The notes under the pieces were generated by a model. It ran no database searches. It saw only the letters and a program-made list of their open reading frames with translations, and was not told the DNA's origin. 18,918 nucleotides of DNA from Pirellulaceae bacterium (GTDB lineage Bacteria > Planctomycetota > Planctomycetia > Pirellulales > Pirellulaceae): the NCBI GenBank assembly GCA_030748485.1, contig JASMLW010000598.1, positions 1-18,918 on the forward strand, given 5' to 3'. Of the stretch, positions 1 through 7,300 are shown one piece after another; the first letter of the stretch is position 1; every line of letters starts with the position of its first letter. The position numbers and the translations under genes were made by a program.

Positions 1-3
1 GAA

Positions 4-19
4 TGGAACGTTGGTTGCA
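4..19 (+). promoter_or_regulatory. Sigma54 (RpoN)-like -24/-12 element TGGAAC-N5-TTGCA, copy 1
   Basis: TGGAAC(4-9)-gttgg-TTGCA(15-19) against the consensus TGGCAC-N5-TTGCW. It has the invariant GG and GC with correct 10-nt spacing and one mismatch in the -24 box. An overlapping second near-match, TGGCACG-N4-GTTCA at 22-37, has a poor -12. Not validated. Confidence 0.3.
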
Positions 20-29
20 GCTGGCACGC

Positions 30-94
30 GTGGTTCACCCGTGCTCAAGCACGGGCCTATGCCGCCTGCGGCGGATGGGGGCGTAAACGCCCCT
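30..94 (+). ncRNA. Candidate small structured RNA unit (three consecutive hairpins) downstream of the sigma54-like motif, copy 1
   Basis: Three hairpins: CCCGTGC-tcaa-GCACGGG (38-55), CCGCC-tgc-GGCGG (62-74) and GGGGCG-taaa-CGCCCC (78-93). Copy 1 is followed by a ttt stretch. There is no coding potential. Purely structural inference. Confidence 0.2.
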
Positions 95-161
95 GGGTTT
101 GGAACGCGGCGGCGCGGGTCGGCGCGAATGTGGAACGCGGCAGCGCGGGGCGGCGCGGGAA

Positions 162-177
162 TGGAACGTTGGTTGCA
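162..177 (+). promoter_or_regulatory. Sigma54-like -24/-12 element TGGAAC-N5-TTGCA, copy 2
   Basis: Identical motif inside the second copy of the 94-bp repeat. Confidence 0.3.
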
Positions 178-187
178 GCTGGCACGC

Positions 188-252
188 GTGGTTCACCCGT
201 GCTCAAGCACGGGCCTATGCCGCCTGCGGCGGATGGGGGCGTAAACGCCCCT
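188..252 (+). ncRNA. Candidate small structured RNA unit, copy 2
   Basis: Identical sequence and hairpins in the second repeat copy. Confidence 0.2.
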
Positions 253-275
253 CTGACTCGCCGGCGTCCTGCCTC

Positions 276-331
276 CTTAGTCATTAGTCCTTCGTCATTC
301 CTTAGTCATTAGTCGTTAGTCATTAGTCATT
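276..331. repeat. Imperfect heptamer microsatellite (TTAGTCA)n, about 7.5 units, AT-rich in a GC-rich genome. Overlaps the stop codon of the minus-strand hydrolase gene.
   Basis: ttagtca ttagtcc ttcgtca ttcc ttagtca ttagtcg ttagtca ttagtca. It puts stop codons (TAG / TAA / TGA) in all six frames. Confidence 0.85.
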
Positions 332-1410
332 CTCCCCCCCCTCACTCCTTCTACTTCCGTGATCATCACTTTCAGCGAGGCGGAGGTGATCGCGGCTTGA
401 GTCGCGTACTTGGGAGTATCGCTGGCGGGGAATGTCGCCAGAGTCGCATCCCCCACCAGGAAGACGTTGAAGTCTCCACGCAAGTTTTCGTATCCTGCCA
501 TCGTGCTGCAGACGCACATGTCGGTTGCGTAACCGGTCAATAAGATGTGTCGCACGCCTTGCTTCTTCAGAAAGTCGCGCAGCCGCTCATATCCTTCGCC
601 ATCGTATGCGACGATATCCGATTGCGCGACGTCGATTCCCTGGACGACGGGAATCGGCAACTGCCAGAAGCCGTCGCCGTTGTAGTGGGGGCCGGCGTCC
701 AGCGCCGGGAACTTGAGGAAGTAGTCGATCAGGGGCGTTCGCGTCGACAACGCGAACGATTCCGGCGGACCCTGGGCCGTGTAATCGTATTTCGCCAACG
801 CCGCCGTCAACAGACGCTGTCCTTCTAGCTGACCCAATTTGGACGGGGAGTTCGACAGCGAGCGGTAACGCTGCTTGCGGATCGCGTCGCCCGCGCCGGG
901 CAAACTGTAAATGACTTCGCGCACGCTCCCCCGCATCCGCTTTAGGAATGGATTCAACACTTGCGAGACATGTCGGTGGTAGATCGCATTTTTCTCCGGC
1001 GTGCAAAAAAACGCCACGCCCGCCGGCTGTGGACTCTTCCAGCCCTGTCCGTCGTCGATGCCCCACGGGTGCACGACCACCATCGCCGTCTGGTCGCCGC
1101 GGAGGCGGTTCTCGCTGACGATGACTCCGCGAGCGTGATACGAGTATCGCCAGCTGCGGACCGAGATCGTCGGGTCCGCGTCGTCGACGACCGCCGCCGT
1201 ACCGAACTGCCGAGTCGGCCGCAATGGTTGAACGAACTCGGGGAACTGATTCAGCAGCGGGCCCGCATTCGGCAACGGCTGCAACTTGAGGTTCACTGGG
1301 CGAGTCTCTTCGCCTCTCTCCTCGCCACGACTAGACGTTGCTGCTGCAACGATTGCGAACGCCAGCGAAACGCCAAGTAGCGGGCGGAGAAGTTGTGTGA
1401 CTTCAGACAT
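316..1410 (-). CDS. Secreted isochorismatase-family cysteine hydrolase (signal peptide plus isochorismatase-like fold)
   Basis: 364-aa ORF. N-terminal hydrophobic signal-like segment LLRPLLGVSLAFAIVAAATS. The TAMVVVHPWGIDDG block and the C-terminal ILLTGYATDMCVCSTMAGYENLRGDFNVFLVGDA block are typical of the isochorismatase / CSHase family catalytic Cys region. Plausible RBS gagg before the ATG at 1410. Confidence 0.6.
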   Translation of the reverse strand: MSEVTQLLRPLLGVSLAFAIVAAATSSRGEERGEETRPVNLKLQPLPNAGPLLNQFPEFVQPLRPTRQFGTAAVVDDADPTISVRSWRYSYHARGVIVSENRLRGDQTAMVVVHPWGIDDGQGWKSPQPAGVAFFCTPEKNAIYHRHVSQVLNPFLKRMRGSVREVIYSLPGAGDAIRKQRYRSLSNSPSKLGQLEGQRLLTAALAKYDYTAQGPPESFALSTRTPLIDYFLKFPALDAGPHYNGDGFWQLPIPVVQGIDVAQSDIVAYDGEGYERLRDFLKKQGVRHILLTGYATDMCVCSTMAGYENLRGDFNVFLVGDATLATFPASDTPKYATQAAITSASLKVMITEVEGVRGGRMTND

Positions 1411-1456
1411 CGATGGCCTCGTAAATCAGACGTTCAATTGACAGCGATGACTCGAT

Positions 1457-4400
1457 CTACTTCGTCAAATAGGCGAACAAGTCGCGGATCTGCTGGGGCT
1501 GGAGTTTGTCGAGCGCATTGTCGGGCATCAGAGAGACAGGCGACTCGCGCAGCGTGGCGATGTCGCCGCGGCTCACTCGGGTGCGGCGATCTTCCGCGTC
1601 GACGATCGTAACGCTGGCCGCATCTTGAGCGGCGATCAGGCCTGTCAACACGCGACCGCCCGTCGTCTCGAGGATGTAATTGATGTACTGGCGTTTCACG
1701 ACGGCGCCCGGGTCGACGAGGTTGGCGAGCAATGCGGCCCGGTCTTTGCGGTTCGCCTGCGTCAAGTCGGGACCGATCTTGCCGCCCTCGCCAAACAACT
1801 GATGGCACGCGCCGCAGTTCTTCTTGAAGAGCTCCTTCCCTCGCGCCGCACTGCCGCCGCCGGCGCGAAGATCATTGTTGTAGCGCCGCATGGCGGCCAG
1901 CTTTGCCTCGGTGCTGCCGGAGCCAATCCTGCCCCAGTGCTTCTTGACGAGTTTGTCGATCCGCGGATCGCCGAACGCCGCCAGCACGCGCAGCTGCGCG
2001 ACAGGGATCGTGTCGGGCTTGATCGCGCCCGCGTCGACCAGTTCCAGTAGCCGCCGAGCCGACGCCGAGTTGCTCAACAATGCGCGGCGAGCGCTCGTTT
2101 GCACTGGCGGTGAGAAACGAGGGTAGTTTTCCAGCACCGCGTCCGACAGCGATTCGGACGGAAAACGACTCAGCGCGTCAAGCGCCGCCAGTTGTGTAGT
2201 CGCGTTTTCGTTTGGTGAAAGGAAACGAAGAAGCAACGGCGCTTCGTCTTTCGCAATGAAGCCGGCGGCGAGCCGCAGTGTCGTCTGTTTCTCCGCTTCG
2301 GATGGCAGTCTTTCGTCGGCAAGCCGCTGCAACAACAGGTCTCTCGCTTCTTCGACGCCACAGGTCAGCGCTAATCGCCAAGCCGGCGCATTCGTGGGTT
2401 GCGGTTTCCATTTCCCGTAGATGAACCGGCGCAGCGATCCGCTCACCCTTTTGAATTGCCGCTGTTGCGGGGTGGCGTCGCCAGTGGCGGCGGCGAAGTC
2501 GGCGAACAGCCCGCCCTGCCCGATCGTCGCCAACCCACTCGCCCGCTCGTCCAGTCCCAGTTGCAAGGCGGCCAACGCCGATCCTTGTTGATTCGCCGGC
2601 GCGAGACTCAATAACTTCGCGCAGGCGTCGTAGCCGGCCGCCGTGCCCTCGGCCGCATACCGGCGGATCAGTCGCCGCAGATTGCCGCGGTACGAAGCCC
2701 GCGACCACAGCGCCTTGTCGCCAAACTCGGCCAGCACTTCTTCTCGGTCACTGACCGACTTGCTCTCGATCGCCCACCACAGTAGCCACGCGATCCGTTC
2801 GTCGGCGTCGTCAATTCCGCGGTCGAGTAGTTCGGTGACGATTGCCAGGCCCGTCTCGGCCGGGAGTCGTTTTGCCGTAGCCGCTAACTGAGCTCGCACG
2901 ATCGCACTTGGTTCTTTCCTCGCCAGTCGCACCAGCGCCGCGGAGACTTCGGACGAAACCTGCTTTCGGTCGCCCAGCAATCGAACCGTCCAACTCCTCA
3001 CGTAAGGATAGGGATGCGACAAGCACTCCATTGCGAACGGATCGTCCAACTCGCCGCAAGCGTGCAGCGTCCACACGCCTTGCAGCGCATCGCGCGGCCG
3101 GTCGCGATTTGCGGCGAGAGCCTTGAGCCGCGGAGCGACCGATGCATCTCGACGTTCGGCTAAAAGCACTCTTGCTCGCGTGGCGAACCAACGATTGTTG
3201 TGGGTGAGTAAATCGACGAGTTGGTCGCTCGATTGTTTGCGGAGGTCGAGCGCCGCCGGTGAAGACCTGGCCGCGCTCAACTCGGCCGGCAACTCGGCCG
3301 ACGAGATCCGGTAGATGCGGCCGTTGCCGCGGTCCCAGCGAGCGTCGGGGTCGGGGTGCGCGGTGCGGCGATCGTAGAAGTCGCAGACGAAGATCGAACC
3401 GTCCGGCGCGATGCACAAGTCGGTCGGTCCCGACCAAGTGTCGCCGACATCCAGCAGCGGTCGCTCGTAGCTCGCCGCCACGGTCGCTCCCCGCGGCTCG
3501 ATTCGCCAAGACGAAACCGTGTGGCCGAGAAAGTTGCCGGCGATGAACTTTCCGCGGTACGACTTTCCCAACGCGTCGGCCGCGTAGATCGTGCCGCCCG
3601 TCGGTGGTCCCCCCGGAACCTGGTCGCGTTGCAGTGGCGCGAAATGATGGTAGGCGAACAGATTGTGCAATGGCCCGTGCTTGCCAAAGCTCTTGTAGTA
3701 GTAGCCGCCCTGCACGGCGTGCACGAACGGTCCGCCGTTTGTCGAGTAGAACAGGTTGCCGTCTTCATCGAATGTCAGACCGTACGTATTGCCGCCGCCC
3801 TCGCAGAACAACTCGAACTCACGACTTCGCGGATGGTATCGCCAGCAACCCTGTTGGAACTCGATTCCTCGGATGCGGCAGGTCGTCGTGCTGCCGTTGA
3901 CTCCGTAGAGCCAGCCGTCCGGACCCCATGTCAAATGATTGGCGAATGACTGCGCGTCTTCCATTCCAAACCCGCTGAGCAGCACATGGGGATCGCTGTC
4001 AGGCCGGTCGTCTCCGTCCGCGTCGGGATAGAAAAGCAGATAGGGAACTTGCAATACGAAAACTCCGCCATAGCCGAACTCGACCCCCGTGCAGAGGTTC
4101 AGTCCCGAGACAAAATCGGTAAACGTGTCAGCGCGGCCATCGCCGCTGCGGTCTTCGACGATCGTGATGCGGTCGGCTCCGCGAGGTCCGTGCGGCGGCG
4201 GTTTGGGCACGCGATCGTAGACGGTGCGCGACCAGCGATCGACTCTGACTCGTTTCAATCCGGCCGGGTTGGGGTATTGGAGATATTGAATCGTCCACAG
4301 CCGACCCCGATCGTCGAACTTGACGAAGATCGGTTGCCTGATATCCGGCTCATGAGCGAACAGTTGCGCGTGCAGCCCGGCGGCTGGACGGAGTGCTTTC

Positions 4401-4504
4401 GCCGCCGCGGCTGGGGCGTATCCTTGACCGCGAGCAACTCCGATTGCGGCAAAGAGAAGCGCGATCGCTGCAGATCCAAGGCGAGGCAAATTCATGAGCA
4501 GCAT
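1457..4504 (-). CDS. Planctomycete-type multidomain protein: signal peptide, PQQ/sugar-dehydrogenase-like beta-propeller ('membrane-bound dehydrogenase domain'), HEAT repeats, C-terminal mono-heme cytochrome c
   Basis: C-terminal NCGACHQLFGEGGKIGPDL (CxxCH) with a distal-Met region SLMPDN. Central HEAT-like helical repeats. N-terminal propeller motifs GPDGWLYGVNGS and APDGSIFVCDFYD. The ORF is open to 4849, but the likely true start is MLLMNLPRLGSAAIALLFAAIGVARG (ATG at 4504), which gives a signal peptide. A 4849 start would add 115 aa of R/S-rich low-complexity sequence. Confidence 0.75.
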   Translation of the reverse strand: MLLMNLPRLGSAAIALLFAAIGVARGQGYAPAAAAKALRPAAGLHAQLFAHEPDIRQPIFVKFDDRGRLWTIQYLQYPNPAGLKRVRVDRWSRTVYDRVPKPPPHGPRGADRITIVEDRSGDGRADTFTDFVSGLNLCTGVEFGYGGVFVLQVPYLLFYPDADGDDRPDSDPHVLLSGFGMEDAQSFANHLTWGPDGWLYGVNGSTTTCRIRGIEFQQGCWRYHPRSREFELFCEGGGNTYGLTFDEDGNLFYSTNGGPFVHAVQGGYYYKSFGKHGPLHNLFAYHHFAPLQRDQVPGGPPTGGTIYAADALGKSYRGKFIAGNFLGHTVSSWRIEPRGATVAASYERPLLDVGDTWSGPTDLCIAPDGSIFVCDFYDRRTAHPDPDARWDRGNGRIYRISSAELPAELSAARSSPAALDLRKQSSDQLVDLLTHNNRWFATRARVLLAERRDASVAPRLKALAANRDRPRDALQGVWTLHACGELDDPFAMECLSHPYPYVRSWTVRLLGDRKQVSSEVSAALVRLARKEPSAIVRAQLAATAKRLPAETGLAIVTELLDRGIDDADERIAWLLWWAIESKSVSDREEVLAEFGDKALWSRASYRGNLRRLIRRYAAEGTAAGYDACAKLLSLAPANQQGSALAALQLGLDERASGLATIGQGGLFADFAAATGDATPQQRQFKRVSGSLRRFIYGKWKPQPTNAPAWRLALTCGVEEARDLLLQRLADERLPSEAEKQTTLRLAAGFIAKDEAPLLLRFLSPNENATTQLAALDALSRFPSESLSDAVLENYPRFSPPVQTSARRALLSNSASARRLLELVDAGAIKPDTIPVAQLRVLAAFGDPRIDKLVKKHWGRIGSGSTEAKLAAMRRYNNDLRAGGGSAARGKELFKKNCGACHQLFGEGGKIGPDLTQANRKDRAALLANLVDPGAVVKRQYINYILETTGGRVLTGLIAAQDAASVTIVDAEDRRTRVSRGDIATLRESPVSLMPDNALDKLQPQQIRDLFAYLTK

Positions 4505-4751
4505 TGTAGCTGGCGTGTTGCAAGAGTGGAGATCGCGGCTGGATGTGAACTCCGAAGTCGTGCGAAGTCCAGGCTCCGCACTGACTTTGCGCGACCTGAA
4601 AGATCGCGCGCCCCGCGTTCCGGCGTTTTTCGCCCTTACTTCAACCTGATAGGCTATCGGCCTCGTCATTCGCATTTTGAAGCGTTGAGGATGCGGGGTT
4701 TCGCTCAATCGAACGTCTACTGAGCGGAAGCGCGCTTTGTGAGTGGCACTG

Positions 4752-4761
4752 CCACTAGTGG
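4752..4761. promoter_or_regulatory. Perfect 10-bp palindrome CCACTAGTGG (with flanking AGTGG..CCACT inverted arms) in the divergent control region upstream of the symporter gene
   Basis: Seen directly. A possible operator. No functional evidence. Confidence 0.2.
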
Positions 4762-4813
4762 GCTGATCAACAGCCGGGCAGCACGCGCCAGAATAGCCAG
4801 TGGAAGGACTCCT

Positions 4814-6442
4814 ATGAACTCTGACGAGAAACAGAACAACCACAGCCACCGTTTGACGATCGCCATCGTCGTCGCGATCGTGGCGGCCATTGGGCTAGCG
4901 ATCGTGGCGCCCCGGTTTGCCATGGGGTTTGAGGTCGGCGGGCAAGTGTTCCTGCGGCTGTTGCAGATGGTGGTCGTGCCGCTCGTGATGGCGAGCGTGA
5001 TGAGCGGCATTATTGGGCTCGGCGACGTCCGCAAACTTGGACGGCCAGGAGCCGCCGCGGTTTCCTACTACCTTTGCACGACGGTGTTTGCGGTCATCAC
5101 GGGGCTGATCGTTGTCAACATCATCAACCCGGGTGTCGGCATCGACAAAAAGCTGGTGGAGGATGCGCGCAAAGAGGGAGCTCGCGAAGTCAAACGCGCC
5201 CAAAGCGGACATGGGCCGCACGGGTTTCGCTTTGACGGCGGAATCCGCACTTACGCGACCACGGCCGTGGTCAGCGATACTCTCGAACTTCACGACGCCG
5301 ACGAATCAAAAGTCCGCATCCGCGTCGTCCACTCGCCGTCCGCCGACCAGGCAGCCCGCGTGTGGCTCGAGCACCGCGCCGACGAGGAGGAGGAGTGGGC
5401 GCGGGCGGGCGACCCGTTCACGGCGGAAACAGAGAACGCCGAGCACTCTTTCACCGCGACGGTGCCGGAGGGTGCGAAGGAGATCCGACTACATTTCGAA
5501 CCGGGTTCGCCTGGGTCAACTGTCGTAGCGGCCGAGCTGGAAGCGGGACCGCCAACGATTGGCGACATCTTCAAGAATCTCGTGCTGATGCTGTTCACCG
5601 ACAACCTGCTCGGCTCGATGGTCGGCATCAACCTACTGCCGTTGATCGTATTCAGTATTGTCTTCGCCGGGATGTTGACGACCATGGGCGCGAAGGCTCA
5701 GGTCATCTCCGACCTGGTGATCGGCATCAATGACGCGTTGTTGAATTTCATTTTGCTGTTGATGAAGCTGGCCCCGATTGGAATCTTCTGTTTGGTCGCG
5801 GCCCGCTTCGGCAAAGCCCAAGCAGACGGTCAGTTCCTCAAACTGCTGCAAGTTCAGTTTTACTACATGACGACAGTGCTGAGTGGGCTGGGTTTGCACG
5901 TCGTGATCACGTTGCCGCTGCTGCTGTGGATCTTCACGCGGCGGAACCCAATCAAGTTCGTCGTGCAGATGTCGCAAGCCGTGTTGACGGCGTTTTCGAC
6001 TGCCAGTTCCACGGCGACGCTACCGGTCACGATGGAATGCGCGGAGCGGAAAGCGGGCGTGTCGAAGCGGTCGACAGAGTTCGTGTTGCCGCTGGGCGCG
6101 ACAATCAACATGGACGGTACAGCGCTGTACGAGGCGGCGGCGGCGATTTTCATCGCCCAGTCGTACGCCGTGATCAATCCGGACTTCCAATTGACACTGA
6201 TGGCGCAAGCCACGATTGCCGTCACGGCGACGCTGGCCGCGATCGGAGCCGCCGGAATTCCCGAGGCGGGGCTGGTGACGATGCTCATCGTGCTCAACGC
6301 CGTCGGTCTGCCGATTGAGATGATCGGACTGATCTTGCCCGTCGACTGGTTGTTGGATCGTTTCCGCACGGCCGTCAACAATTTCGGCGATTCGGTGGGA
6401 GCGGCGATCGTCGATCAGACATTCCCTGAGGCGGCGGCCTAG
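4814..6442 (+). CDS. Dicarboxylate/amino-acid:cation symporter (DAACS / SLC1 / GltP-GltT family) with an atypical ~135-aa acidic insertion in the TM3-TM4 loop
   Basis: Family hallmarks VVPLVMASVMSGI, GATINMDGTALYEAAAAIFIAQ and AIGAAGIPEAGLVTM. ORF opens at 4739, but the start at 4814 is preferred (GGAAGGA RBS 7 nt upstream). Confidence 0.8.
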   Translation: MNSDEKQNNHSHRLTIAIVVAIVAAIGLAIVAPRFAMGFEVGGQVFLRLLQMVVVPLVMASVMSGIIGLGDVRKLGRPGAAAVSYYLCTTVFAVITGLIVVNIINPGVGIDKKLVEDARKEGAREVKRAQSGHGPHGFRFDGGIRTYATTAVVSDTLELHDADESKVRIRVVHSPSADQAARVWLEHRADEEEEWARAGDPFTAETENAEHSFTATVPEGAKEIRLHFEPGSPGSTVVAAELEAGPPTIGDIFKNLVLMLFTDNLLGSMVGINLLPLIVFSIVFAGMLTTMGAKAQVISDLVIGINDALLNFILLLMKLAPIGIFCLVAARFGKAQADGQFLKLLQVQFYYMTTVLSGLGLHVVITLPLLLWIFTRRNPIKFVVQMSQAVLTAFSTASSTATLPVTMECAERKAGVSKRSTEFVLPLGATINMDGTALYEAAAAIFIAQSYAVINPDFQLTLMAQATIAVTATLAAIGAAGIPEAGLVTMLIVLNAVGLPIEMIGLILPVDWLLDRFRTAVNNFGDSVGAAIVDQTFPEAAA

Positions 6443-6653
6443 GATTCGTTATTCGATTGCGGACTCGCGCGAGGTTTTTGCAATAGTTGGCGGCGATCGC
6501 GGTGATCGGCGGCCAACCATGCGCTCAACTCGTCGCGATCACTACAACTGATTTGAGCGAAATCTCGACTGTAATTGTCAAAATAGCAGCTCGACTCCTA
6601 CGAATAGATGGCAACGAATTTGAGCCATTAACGACCTCTGTTGGATCAATGTC

Positions 6654-7298
6654 GTGGAAGTAATTGAAACACTAACGACTGGCCCCAATCTTTTTGCATC
6701 CATCGTGATGGGTGTCGTGCTGATCTACTGGCTGATGGTGATCGCCGGCGCCGCTGATATCGAATTGTTTGATTTTGACATCGATATCGGCGCCGACGTT
6801 GATATCGATGGTGACATCGACGTCGGTTCGGCAACCAGCGTCGGTTTTGTTGTGCTACGTTTTCTCAACATTGGCCAAGTGCCGTTGGTCATTTGGGGCA
6901 GTGTGTTCGTGATCGGTTTTTGGATCAGTTCGCTCGCTTTTACGCTCTTTTTCGACGACCGGACTACGTACTCGGATTACACAACGGTGGCGTTGTACGT
7001 GTTGCGCAACTTCGCCATCGGCGTGTTCGGCGCGAAGTTGATTACCACTCCCATGGTTCCGTGGTTCGAGATCGACGAAGGACCGAAGCCGGAGGAGTTG
7101 GTCGGAAAGTCGTGCGAGGTGACGGCTCCGCTAAAAGCTGATAGCCGCGGACAAGCGAGTTTTCGGACGAACGCGGCGCCGCTGTTGATTCACGTGAGAT
7201 GTGAGAAAGACGAATTCCGCAAGGGCGACACCGCGCGGATTGTTGCATACGACGCAGAAACAAAGACCTACCTGATTGAATCGGTTCGCGAGGTATAA
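6654..7298 (+). CDS. NfeD-like (YqiJ / YuaF-type) membrane protein with a C-terminal OB-fold domain; flotillin operon partner
   Basis: 214 aa. Hydrophobic N-terminal helices. Acidic DIELFDFDIDIGADVDIDGDIDVG loop. Two to three TM segments, then a soluble C-terminal domain (KSCEVTAPLKADSRGQASFRTNAAPLLIHVRCEKDEFRKGDTARIVAYD) typical of the NfeD short form. Stop is 2 nt before the flotillin ATG. GTG start at 6654 (an alternative ATG lies at 6708). Confidence 0.6.
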   Translation: MEVIETLTTGPNLFASIVMGVVLIYWLMVIAGAADIELFDFDIDIGADVDIDGDIDVGSATSVGFVVLRFLNIGQVPLVIWGSVFVIGFWISSLAFTLFFDDRTTYSDYTTVALYVLRNFAIGVFGAKLITTPMVPWFEIDEGPKPEELVGKSCEVTAPLKADSRGQASFRTNAAPLLIHVRCEKDEFRKGDTARIVAYDAETKTYLIESVREV

Positions 7299-7300
7299 CC

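Larger units (their letters stand above)
1..252. repeat. Direct repeat: a 94-bp unit present twice (1-94 and 159-252; period 158 bp), separated by a 64-bp GC-rich spacer that itself carries two GGAACGCGGC(G/A)GCGCGGG half-repeats
   Basis: Exact re-occurrence of gaatggaacgttggttgcagctggcacgcgtggttcacccgtgctcaagcacgggcctatgccgcctgcggcggatgggggcgtaaacgcccct at 1 and 159. The window starts inside or at the array, so further copies upstream are possible. Confidence 0.9.

Noticed and set aside
11-312. Short ORFs (60-77 aa) on both strands across the window-start repeats
   Set aside because: They overlap each other in multiple frames within a duplicated non-coding element full of hairpins. Duplicated peptide text comes from the DNA repeat (e.g. 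...VAAGTRGSPVLKHGPMPPAADGGVNAP in two ORFs). No RBS.
3259-4723. Plus-strand ORFs antisense to the propeller/HEAT/cytochrome c gene (e.g. 3356-3949 and 3986-4723) and the minus-strand ORFs 2178-2708 and 2811-3509 in other frames
   Set aside because: Arg-rich, motif-free and fully overlapping a strongly supported CDS (CxxCH, HEAT, propeller motifs). Spurious.
4739-4813. Annotated long start (4739) of the symporter ORF
   Set aside because: The first 25 codons (MSGTATSGLINSRAARARIASGRTP) have no RBS. The ATG at 4814 has a GGAAGGA Shine-Dalgarno 7 nt upstream and begins MNSDEKQNNHSHRL just before TM1. The shorter model is preferred.
6754-6826. Apparent DNA-level palindromes / EcoRV-site (GATATC) repeats in the NfeD gene
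   Set aside because: They result from the codons of the Asp-Ile repeat peptide. They are not an independent DNA element.
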